From: an uncultured Gemmatimonadales bacterium
Lineage (GTDB): Bacteria > Gemmatimonadota > Gemmatimonadetes > Longimicrobiales > RSA9
Assembly: GCA_963798085.1 (NCBI GenBank)
Contig: CAWCRS010000007.1
Location: 1,664,001 to 1,728,000, forward strand
Direction of reading: 5' to 3'
DNA length: 64,000 nucleotides
Below are positions 30,165-40,640 of this stretch, piece by piece (position 1 is the first letter of the stretch; each line of letters starts with the position of its first letter). Made by a program: the position numbers and the translations under genes. Under the pieces are notes generated by a model. The model was not told the DNA's origin, did no database searches, and saw only the letters and a list, made by a program, of their open reading frames with translations.

Positions 30165-31438
30165 TCAGTCCCCCTCCCAGCGGCGCACGGCCAGGCAGAC
30201 ATTGTGCCCGCCGAAGCCGAACGAATTGGAAAGCGCGATGCGCACAGGCTGGTCGATGCGCCGGTTATGCGCGTAGTTCAGGTCGCACTCCGGATCCGGC
30301 GTGGTGAAGTTCGTGGTCGGGGGTATGGCACCGTCCCGGCAGACCAGCGTGGCAACGATGCACTCGACGGCGCCGGCTGCACCCAGCAGATGTCCGGTCA
30401 TCGACTTGGTCGAGCCCATCACGAGCTTGTACGCATGCTCGCCGAAAACGTGCTTGACTGCCTTGGTCTCGTTCAGGTCGTTCATGGGTGTGGACGTGCC
30501 GTGCGCGTTGATGTAGTCCACATCCGTTGTCGTGATGGCGGCATCCCGCAGGGCCGCACGAATGGCGAGCTGGGCGCCCGCGCCTTCGGGTGCTGGCGCG
30601 GTCAGGTGATAGGCGTCCGCGCTCTGCCCGAAGCCGATGATCTCGCCCAGTACCGTGGCGCCACGCGCAGTCGCGTGTTCCAGCGTTTCCAGCACCAGCA
30701 TGCCGGAGCCTTCACCCAGCACGAAGCCATCACGCGTCGCATCGAACGGCCGGCTGGCTGTGGCGGGTGAATCATTGCGCGTCGAGAGGGCCTTCATGTT
30801 GGCGAAGCCTGCCACCGTCAGGCGGGTGATGGTCGCTTCCGTGCCGCCCGAGACCATGACATCGGCTTCGCCCCGCTGCAGGATGCGGTAGGCGTCGCCG
30901 ACCGCGTGCGCGCTGGACGAGCAGGCCGAGACGGTCGCGTAATTCGGGCCGCGGAAGCCGTAGCGAATGGAAACGTGGCCCGCGGCAATGTCGGGAATGA
31001 ACATGGGAACGAAGAACGGGCTGATGCGTTTGGGCCCGCGCTCGACCATGACGCGCGTCTGCTCTTCGAACGTGGCAATGCCGCCAATGCCGCTGCCGAT
31101 GAGCACGCCAACGCGGTCGCGGTCGACGCTCGCCGGCAGCGGATCCAGCCCCGCGTCGCGCACCGCTGCACGGTGCCGCGGCATGGCGAACTGTGCGAAG
31201 CGATCCGTGCGCCGCGCTTCCTTGCGTTCCATGTACTGCTCGGGATCGAAGCCCTTTCACTTCCGCCGCGAAGCGCACGTCGAAATCCGGCGTGGCATCG
31301 AATTGCGTGATCGGGTCCGACCCCGTTGACACCGCACAGCAGTGCCTGCCACGTGGCATCCATCGTATGGGCCAGCGGCGTCAGCAGGCCGGCTCCGGTG
31401 AGCACGACCCGATGACCGCGTTCCGTGCGCATTCGCAT
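30165..31438 (-). CDS. fabF: Beta-ketoacyl-ACP synthase II; several indels in the 5' part
   Basis: [37 protein letters not shown] and SNSFGFGG. Confidence 0.95.
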
Positions 31439-31467
31439 TGCGTACAGGAAAAGAAAGCGGTGGAGTC

Positions 31468-31711
31468 CTACTCGACGCCCTTCTCCTTCAGGTAGCTTGA
31501 TGGCGTCGCCGACGGTCTGCAGGTTCTCGGCATCCTCATCGGGGATCTCGATCCCGAATTCTTCTTCGAATGCCATGACGAGTTCGACCGTGTCCAGCGA
31601 GTCGGCACCCAGGTCTTCGACGAACGAAGCTTCGGCGGTCACCTTCTCGGGCTCCACGCCAAGCTCGTTGATGATGATCTCTTTCACCTTCGCCTCGGTG
31701 CTGTCCGCCAT
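31468..31711 (-). CDS. acpP: Acyl carrier protein; +1 indel near 31496
   Basis: [20 protein letters not shown]. Removing one C gives ...[13 protein letters not shown] with a stop at 31468. Confidence 0.97.
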
Positions 31712-31732
31712 CCTGTCCTCACCGTTCGAGTG

Positions 31733-32471
31733 TCAAATGACCATGCCGCCATCGACCACGATGACCTGGCCGGTAATATAACTTGCGGCCGGACCTGCCA
31801 GAAACCGAACCAGGCCTGCCACATCTTCCACACTGCCCAGGCGACCGAGAGCGATCTGCGCCCGCAGCGCGGCCCTTGCCTCCTCGCTCAGCGCCGCCGT
31901 CATTTCGGTCTCGATGAACCCTGGTGCCACTGCATTGCACAGTACCTCGCGCGATGCCAGTTCTTTCGCCACTGACTTGGTCAGCCCGATCAGGCCTGCC
32001 TTGGAAGCGGCGTAGTTCGCCTGGCCACGGTTCCCTGTGAGTCCGACGATACTCGTGATGTTGATGATGCGACCCGAGCGCCTGCGCATCATGCCGCGCG
32101 CCGCGGCACGAATGAAATGGAACGCGCCCTTGAGATTCGTGTCGAGGACGCGATCCCAGGCCTCATCACTGAGCCGGACCAGCACGTTGTCTTCGGTAAC
32201 GCCCGCGTTGTTCACGAGGATGTCGAGCGGGCCCAGCGTTCCTCGATCGGCCCGCAGCGTGGGATCCACGCTGCTGCCATCCACAACATCGCAGGCGAAG
32301 CCGCCGTGCCCCTCTCCCGGCAGCGTTGCGGCTGAAGCTTCGGCCCGTCCCGGCATCGCGCGCAACCACGGCCACACGCGCGCCGGCCCGCGCCAGGGCC
32401 TGCGCAATACCGTACCCTATGCCCCGGTTCCCGCCCGTCACGACCGCCATCCGTCCAGCCAGCTCGCTCAC
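31733..32471 (-). CDS. fabG: 3-oxoacyl-ACP reductase; indels
   Basis: TGGNRGIG, LVNNAG, YAASK and YITGQVIVVDGG. Confidence 0.95.
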
Positions 32472-32480
32472 GCCACGTCC

Positions 32481-33409
32481 TCACGCCATGCTGAAGGCGC
32501 GCAGATCCGCGTCTGTTCCCAGCGCCTTCGCCTCCGCATCGCGAGCGATGCGGCGCAACAGGCCGGTCAGCACATTGCCCGGGCCCAGCTCGAGAAACGA
32601 GCGCACGCCCAGCTGCACGATGGCGCGCATGCTCTCATCCCAGCGCACGGGCGACGTCAACTGCTGGCGCAGCAATCGTCTCGCCTCGGCCGCGTCCGAC
32701 CAGGCCCGCCGTGACGTTCGACACTACGGGAAACGCGGGATCAGAAGGGCACGGCCTCGAGCTGCCGGGAAAGGCCGGCTCGGCGACCAGCCATGAGCGG
32801 GGAGTGGAATGCCCCGGACACGTTGAACGGCAACCCGGCGCGCGCCGGCCGCGGTGGCCAGCTCCATGGCCCGCTCGACGGCTTCGACGTCGCCACTGAT
32901 CACGACCTGACCGGGCGAGTTGTAGTTCGCGGGAACGCAGGTCGCCGCCGGCTTGGGATGCGTCCCGGCAGACGCGCTCCAGTGCTTCATCGTCGAGACC
33001 CAGAACGGCCGCCATCGTGCCGGGCGGTCTTCCCCGCCGCGCAGCATCAGCTCACCGCGGCGCCGGACCGTGCGCACGCCGTCCGCGAAACGGAGATCGA
33101 GCCCGCGGCGACGTACGCGCTGAATTCGCCCAGTGAATGACCGGCCGCGGCGCAGGCACTACCGAGTTCCAGACTCGCCCGAGGCAGCGAAACACGGCGA
33201 TCGAGTGCGTGAGGATCGCGGGCTGCGCATTGTGCGTGAGTACCAGATCGGACTCGGGGCCCTCGAAACACAGTCGCGAAAGCGCGGAGCCCGAGAGCGT
33301 CGTCGGCTTCCTCGAACACGGCGCGCGCGACTCCGGCTGCAGGGCGCACCAGATCCCGGCCCATCCCCACGCACTGCGACCCCTGTCCGGGGAAGAGCAG
33401 TGCTACCAC
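32481..33409 (-). CDS. fabD: Malonyl-CoA:ACP transacylase; multiple indels
   Basis: LFPGQGSQ, GHSLGE, ANYNSPGQVVISG, QLTSPVRW and ELGPGNVL, in alternating frames. Confidence 0.92.
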
Positions 33410-34404
33410 CGCAACACCGCTGACGCCCACGTGAAGCCCGCCCCGAACGCAACCAGCAGCAGGTTCTGCCCGGGCTTCAGCCGGCCACCTTCAACGGCCT
33501 CGTCCAGCGCCACGGGCAGCGTGGCCGAGCTCATGTTGCCGTACCGGTCCACATTGACGAAGACCTTTTCCATGGGAATGCCGGCGTACCTCGCCGTCGC
33601 CTCGATGATGCGCATGTTCGCCTGGTGCGGGATCAGGAGATCGATGTCTTCCGCCGGTGAGGCCGGCGCGTGCCAGCGCCTGATCCGCCGCCTCCGCCAT
33701 CGAGCGCACCGCGGCCTTGAACACTTCGCGCCCCGCCATCTTGACGGTGTGCTCCTTGGCGGCGAGCCTCGCCTGATCCAGCGGCAGGAGCACGCCGCCC
33801 GCCGGTCGTCCAGAGCAGTTCGGCCAGGTGTGCCGTCCGAGCGGAGGTAGCTCGAAAGCACGCCTCGGCCGTTCTGCTGCGGCGACCATGGCGGCGCCCG
33901 CCGCCGTCGCCGAACAGGACGCAGGTCTTGCGGTCTTCCCAGTCGACGATACTCGTCATTTTCTCGGTCGAAACGACGAGCGCGATCTCGCCATGGCCCG
34001 CCGCGACGTAGTCCCTCCGCGACGGTCAGTGCGTAGATGAAGCCGGAACAGGCGGCCGAGATGTCGAACGCCGCCGCGTGCGCTGCGCCCAGGCGGGCCT
34101 GGATGTCGCACGCCGTCGCCGGAAGCAGGCGGTCCGGTGTTGCCGTGGACACGACGATAACAGGTCGAGTCTCGCCCGCGCTCGACCCGCCCGTTCCATG
34201 GCGATGCGCGGCCGCGGACGCGCCCATCTCGGCGCAACTGAGATCGCAGGGCGCAATGCGGCGCTCGCGGATGCCCGGTGCGCTCGCGGATCCACTCGTC
34301 ACGACGTGTCCACCATGCGTTCGAGATCCGCGTTCGTCAGAACGCGGTCCGGCAGGATATCGACCCGTCGCCACGATCTCGACCGAGGGCGAAGGCGATT
34401 TCAT
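33403..34404 (-). CDS. fabH: Beta-ketoacyl-ACP synthase III; multiple indels
   Basis: [43 protein letters not shown] and FGAGFTW. Confidence 0.93.
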   Translation of the reverse strand: MKSPSPSVEIVATGRYPAGPRSDERGSRTHGGHVVTSGSASAPGIRERRIAPCDLSCAEMGASAAAHRHGTGGSSAGETRPVIVVSTATPDRLLPATACDIQARLGAAHAAAFDISAACSGFIYALTVAEGLRRGGPWRDRARRFDRENDEYRRLGRPQDLRPVRRRRRAPPWSPQQNGRGVLSSYLRSDGTPGRTALDDRRAACSCRWIRRGSPPRSTPSRWRGAKCSRPRCARWRRRRIRRWHAPASPAEDIDLLIPHQANMRIIEATARYAGIPMEKVFVNVDRYGNMSSATLPVALDEAVEGGRLKPGQNLLLVAFGAGFTWASAVLRW

Positions 34405-34465
34405 GTACCCCCCAGTGATGCGGAGCGTCGTATTCGTCCGTGAAGGTTCACCGGTACGTCCGGCG

Positions 34466-35460
34466 TCAAACATTCGCCGTGTCGGCGCCGGCCGCGACGG
34501 CTCGCTCGATGTGTCCGAGCATGCGCGTCTCGACCGCCTGCCGCGCAACGCGTATCGCGTTCCGGATCGCGCGAGGGGGCGAGCCGCCGTGGCAGATGAT
34601 GGAAATTCCGTTCACTCCCAGCAGCGGCGCGCCGCCGTACTCCGTGTAGTCGAACGACTGGAAGATCTCATCGAGCCGCGTCTGCGTGACGGTGGGAGCC
34701 AGCCGCTCGCACATCAGGCCGTGGAAGTACGCGGTCACCGATTCGTAGAACTTGAGGAGTACGTTGCCGACGAACCCATCGGCGACCAGCACGTCACAGG
34801 TGCCGCGGATGATATCGCGGCCTTCCACGTTGCCCACGAAGTTGAGGCCACTCGTCGAGAGAAGCCGGTGGGCCTCCGCCGCGAGTTCATTGCCCTTCTC
34901 GGGTTCCTCTCCGATGTTGAGCAGACCGACTCGCGGTCGGGGCCGCTGCCACGCGTCCTCGACGTAGACTGAGCCGAGGCGGGCGAACTGCAATAGATGG
35001 AACGGTTTACAGTCAACGTTCGCGCCCGCGTCGATCAACAAACACGGCTGGACCGACGTGGGTAGCGCCGTTGCGACCGCCGGCCGATCCACGCCCTGCA
35101 ATCGACGCAGAACGAAGAGCGACGCCGCCATCACCGCACCCGTCGAGCCCGCACTGATGAAGGCGTCCGCGTGGCCGTCCCGTTGCAGCTCCAGTCCGAC
35201 GACGATCGAGGAGTCCGGCTTCCGCCTCACCGCGGAAACCGCTGACTTCGCCCGGCAGGATCGTCTGGGTCGCTTCCCGGATGTGAACGCGATCCCTGGA
35301 ATCTCGTGCCAGTGACCCAGTTCCACCTCGATTTTCGCCGCGGTCACCGACCAACATGATGGCGAAATCGTCAGGACAGTTCGCGCAACGCCTGGACCAC
35401 GCCCTCGACTTCCACGGCCGGATGACGGTCCGTGCCCATGGCGTCCAGAGCGATGCGCAC
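34466..35460 (-). CDS. plsX: Phosphate acyltransferase PlsX; indels in the 5' part
   Basis: RIALDAMGTD, SAGSTGA, DAGANVD, LLNIGEE, DGFVGN and YGGAPLLG. Confidence 0.95.
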
Positions 35461-35471
35461 CTCGCGCTCCC

Positions 35472-35654
35472 TTACAGCTCCTCGACCTCGAGTACCTGCT
35501 CGCCCCGATACGTCCCACAATTCGGGCACACCCGGTGCGGAACCTTCGGATCTCCGCACTTCGGGCAGGGGTGTAACGTCGGCATCGCCGCTTTCATGGC
35601 ACTGCGCCGCTTGCGTTTCCGCTGCTTCGAGACTCGCTTCTTCGGTACGGCCAC
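35472..35654 (-). CDS. rpmF: 50S ribosomal protein L32
   Basis: (M)AVPKKRVSKQRKRKRR...CPKC...PHRVCPNCG. Confidence 0.97.
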   Translation of the reverse strand: MAVPKKRVSKQRKRKRRSAMKAAMPTLHPCPKCGDPKVPHRVCPNCGTYRGEQVLEVEEL

Positions 35655-35670
35655 GGAGACCCTCCTCCGT

Positions 35671-36169
35671 TCATTCGCGATTTTTCGGAGCCCGCCCAGC
35701 GCGGATCCGGCCGCGACCCCGCAGCCGCACGGGCCATCGTTCAGGTCCGCGCCACAGCGGGGCACAGGCCCCGGCACGGTCTCCGGCGACCACGAAACAG
35801 CGGTACCGCCAGAATCACATGTTCCCGCACCCCGGTGCCAGATCGATCTGCCGTGCGCGCCGGAAACGTGTAGACTTCCTCCGCCTCCGCTTCGACGCGG
35901 TCCAGCCCCGGTCGGAAGAGGAAGAGGACTTCGTCTCGAGAGCGGAGTCGCACCTCGCACAGGCACCGCCTGCAGGCCCGACTGATACCCCGCGAAGCCG
36001 GCCCCGGATGACGACGTACCGCGCCGCCCGCTGCGACCTCGAGCAGGACCTCCAGCGGTGCGCCGAGCCGGATACCGGTATCCTTCCAGGAGCGGATCGC
36101 CCTGGCGCACCGCTGCTTCGATCCGAGTCGGCCCTTCCGCTGTACAAGGCCCGGATCGACTTTCAGCAT
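35671..36169 (-). CDS. yceD: YceD/DUF177 protein; multiple indels
   Basis: CRRCL, VREHVILAVP, CRGLCP..CGADLN..C.C; lies directly upstream of rpmF. Confidence 0.8.
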
Positions 36170-36258
36170 AGTCGTCAAAGATGCCGGAACCCCGACCTCC
36201 GTCAACGGACGCCGCGGCCAACTCGCAGCCGTCTTCAGAGGTATCGGCGACCCGGCGC

Positions 36259-36691
36259 TCACTCCGCTGCCGCCGTGCCCAGATGAATCCGCGCCAGCGA
36301 AGAAGAAGGCGATTTCGCGCTCGGCGGTTTCGGGCGCGTCCGAAGCATGAATTGCGTTGCGCTCCTTCGACTCGGCGAAGAGCGCCCGCACCGTACCTGC
36401 CTCCGCCTCGGCCGGATCGGTTGCGCCGATCGCGTGCCGGAGCTCGGCCACGGCGTCGTCGCGTTCCAGCACGAGCGGCAGGCACGGCCCTGAGGTCATG
36501 AAGCGCACGAGCGGCTCGAAGAAGGAGCGTTCCCGGTGCACCGCGTAGAACGCGCGCGCCTGGGCCGTGCTCAGACGCATCATGCGCGCGGCGCGCAGGC
36601 GGAAGCCTTTTTCCTCGAGATGGGCGAGGACGCGGCCCGCCAGGCCGCGCTGCACGGCATCCGGTTTGACGATCGCGAGCGTCAGGGACAT
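36259..36691 (-). CDS. ndk: Nucleoside diphosphate kinase; 3' end blurred by an indel
   Basis: TLAIVKPDAV, FMTSGP, GATDP, GTVR and NAIHASD (phospho-His). The stop position is approximate. Confidence 0.95.
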
Positions 36692-36695
36692 GCGG

Positions 36696-37562
36696 TCATC
36701 TTCCGTAGAGTCGGCGCAGGATGTCGCCGCGGCGCACGAGTCCCACGAGCTTGCCTTCGGCGACAACGGGGATCTCACCCACGTCCTTGTTGATCATCAG
36801 GTTGGCCACCTCTTCGAGCGAGGCGGTGTCTGCCAGGCACAGCACGGAGCGCGTCATCAGATCGCGTACCTTGAGCGGCGCCACCAGGTCGCCGCTGTTG
36901 CTGCGCGAGCGGCGGAGCACCACGCCCTGCAGCACATCCGCTTCGTTCACGATGCCCATCACCTCGCCCTTGTCGCCCACCACGGCGAGGGCGCGCGCGC
37001 CCGAGCGCAGCATGCGTTCGACCGCGTCGCGCACCGGCGTATCGGGCGTGGCTGCGTCGTCCGTCGTGATCATCACATTGCGGGCCGTCAGCACCGGCGC
37101 GATTTCCAGGCTGGCCAGTGCGGGAATCGCGAACAGGTCTGTTACCGATGCCGCCTGCTTCAGCTGCTCGACCACTTCGGATTGACGGAAGGCGCGCGCC
37201 AGCGCGGAAACCGCCTGCAGATAGAGTGTCGCCGCATCGGTCGGAGCGAGCACGAGTGTCACGATGCGCGGGCCGGGCAGCCATTCCGCATCAGCCGTGC
37301 GCAGTGGCTGCGGCGCCACGCCAATGGCCACCACCACGCCGTCCACCGCGTCCGTGCGATAGTGCGGCAGTGCAATGTCGGGGCCCGCGCGCACGGCGCT
37401 CTTGCCCCGCTGTTCGCTGAAGGCGCGCTCGATGGCGGCCGGATCACGCAAGGCGCCCGACTCGCCCAGCCGTTGCGCCAGGATGAACAGACCTTCCGTC
37501 AACGACTCGGCGAGCAACGGCACCACCGCGTGTTCACGCCGCAGCAGCCGCGTATCAGGCAT
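36696..37562 (-). CDS. PTS EIIA (PtsN/fructose-type) domain fused to a CBS pair (288 aa)
   Basis: N-terminal IALPH (EIIA phospho-His motif), VVVAIG and [11 protein letters not shown]-terminal TARNVM...GIVNEADVL and VRDLMT...[12 protein letters not shown] repeats. Confidence 0.8.
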   Translation of the reverse strand: MPDTRLLRREHAVVPLLAESLTEGLFILAQRLGESGALRDPAAIERAFSEQRGKSAVRAGPDIALPHYRTDAVDGVVVAIGVAPQPLRTADAEWLPGPRIVTLVLAPTDAATLYLQAVSALARAFRQSEVVEQLKQAASVTDLFAIPALASLEIAPVLTARNVMITTDDAATPDTPVRDAVERMLRSGARALAVVGDKGEVMGIVNEADVLQGVVLRRSRSNSGDLVAPLKVRDLMTRSVLCLADTASLEEVANLMINKDVGEIPVVAEGKLVGLVRRGDILRRLYGR

Positions 37563-37576
37563 GCGCCGGCCGTCCC

Positions 37577-38462
37577 TCAGGCAAGCAGGTTCTGCACCAG
37601 TCCGACGACGTCGGACGGCTTGCGAGCCACGGCAATACCATTGCGCTCGAAGGCTTGCATCTTTTCCGCTGCAGTACCGGCGGAACCGCTGATGATCGCG
37701 CCCGCATGGCCCATGCGTCGTCCGGGTGGCGCGGTCTGGCCCGCAATGAAGCCGATCACCGGCTTGGTCATGTTCGCGGCGACGAATTCCGCGGCATCCT
37801 GTTCGTCGGTGCCGCCGATCTCGCCGATCATGACCACGGCCTTCGTCTCCGGGTCCTGCTCGAATGCAGACAGGCAATCGATGAACGAGGTACCGTTGAT
37901 CGGGTCGCCGCCAATGCCCACGCAGGTGCTCTGGCCGAGGCCTGCGCGGGTCAGCTGGTAGACGACCTCGTAGGTGAGTGTGCCCGAGCGCGAGACCAGA
38001 CCGACCGGCCCGGGTGTCGCGATCTGGCCCGGCAGGATTCCCACCTTGGAGCGCGCCGGCGAAAGCAGTCCCGGACAGTTGGGACCGAGCAGACGAACGC
38101 CGCAGTCCTTCACGTAGGCAAAGGTGCGCGTCATGTCCAGCACCGGAATGCCCTCGGTGATGGCGACAATCAGCTGCACGCGCGCGGCGGCGGCCTCCAT
38201 GATGGCGTCGGCGGCGAAGGCGGGCGGCACGTAGATGACCGACGTGTTGGCACCGGTTTCGCGCACCGCGTGTTCCACGGTGTCGAAGATCGGGAACCAG
38301 CCCGCCGTTCGGTCCTTCGAAGGACTGCCCGCCCTTACCCGGTGTTATACCGGCGACCACACGCGTGCCGTAGTCGATCATCTGTCGCGAGTGGAACGAG
38401 CCATCACGCCCTGTGATGCCCTGTACGATCAGTGTGGTGGTTTCGTCGATGAAGATCGCCAT
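37577..38462 (-). CDS. sucD: Succinyl-CoA synthetase alpha subunit; +1 indel near 38292
   Basis: [31 protein letters not shown] and MGHAGA. Confidence 0.97.
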
Positions 38463-38468
38463 GTTGCC

Positions 38469-39611
<1,143 letters not shown>

Positions 39612-39637
39612 CGTCTCGTTCCGTTTTCCCGCGACCG

Positions 39638-40606
39638 TCAGGGCACGATGGTCGTGCCCGTGCGATCTTCCACCGCGTCCAGTCCGTGGTCCAGCCGCGC
39701 GATGCTGGCGCGCTCGCCGCCGCCGCGCACGAACGCGATCGCGGCTTCGACCTTCGGCTGCATGCTGCCGCTGCCGAACACGCCCTGCTCGAGCAGGGCG
39801 GCCGCCTCAGCGACGTGCAGGCGCCGCAGCAGCCGTGCGCGCGGCGTGCCCCAGTCGGCGAAGGCGCCCTCCACGTTCGTCAGAATGAGCAGTGTGGTGG
39901 CGCGCAGGCTCCTGGCCAGCACCTCGGCCGCGCGATCCTTGTCGATCACGGCATCCACACCTTCCAGACCGAGCCGCGCATCACGGTAGACGGGTGTGCC
40001 GCCGCCGCCACCCGCGATCACGATGGCGCCCGAGCGGAACAGATGCTCGATCTCCTCGCGCTCGACGAATTCCAGCGGCTGCGGTGATGGCACCATGCGG
40101 CGCCACGCGCCGTCCACCTTTGCAATCGTCCAGCCGCGTTCGCTCGCCACGCGCTCGGCCGCGTCGTCCGGCAGCACGTTGCCGATGGGCTTGGTCGCCC
40201 GTCGTGTCGCGGGATCATCCGGGTCCACGATCACCTGCGTCACCAGCGTGACAACGGAGCGTGCGACACCACGGCGCGCCAGTGCGTTCTGCAGCGACTG
40301 CTGGATCATGTAGCCGATCCAGCCCGCCGTGGCTGCAACCAGCACACCCAGCGGCAACGGTGGCCGTTCCGCGCGCGCCAGCTCGTTGCGCAGCAGTTCG
40401 TCGCCGATCTGCGGCCCATTGCCGTGCACGATGGCAATTTTCCAGCCGGCCTCGGCCAGCGCGACCACCGCCCCGAGGCTTTCTCGTGTGTGCGCGAACT
40501 GTTGGTGAATGTCGCCGCGCTCACCGGCGGGCTGCAGCGCGTTCCCGCCCAGGGCGACCACGATGGTCCTTGCGTCCGGCGCCGGTGTTCCGGGCCGCGG
40601 AATCAT
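39638..40606 (-). CDS. arcC: Carbamate kinase (start may be up to 40630)
   Basis: ALGGNAL, HGNGPQIG, TKPIG, PSPQP, GVDAVIDKD and GSMQPKV. Confidence 0.93.
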   Translation of the reverse strand: MIPRPGTPAPDARTIVVALGGNALQPAGERGDIHQQFAHTRESLGAVVALAEAGWKIAIVHGNGPQIGDELLRNELARAERPPLPLGVLVAATAGWIGYMIQQSLQNALARRGVARSVVTLVTQVIVDPDDPATRRATKPIGNVLPDDAAERVASERGWTIAKVDGAWRRMVPSPQPLEFVEREEIEHLFRSGAIVIAGGGGGTPVYRDARLGLEGVDAVIDKDRAAEVLARSLRATTLLILTNVEGAFADWGTPRARLLRRLHVAEAAALLEQGVFGSGSMQPKVEAAIAFVRGGGERASIARLDHGLDAVEDRTGTTIVP

Positions 40607-40640
40607 ACCGGCGGCCTGCGGGTGCGGCAAGCGCGCGCGC

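Noticed and set aside
30818..31711. Apparent ACP-FabF fusion
   Set aside because: One extra C near 31496 hides the normal acpP end (YLKEKGVE*).
35741..36778. Apparent Ndk-YceD fusion
   Set aside because: The linker is non-protein-like intergenic sequence in an indel-rich zone. A nearby stop (36259) and a yceD ATG (36169) exist.
36696..38462. 588-aa SucD-EIIA-CBS 'fusion' ORF in the track
   Set aside because: A +1 indel near 38292 shifts the sucD start into a junk frame that runs into the next gene. sucD has its own stop at 37577 and the EIIA-CBS gene its own ATG at 37562.
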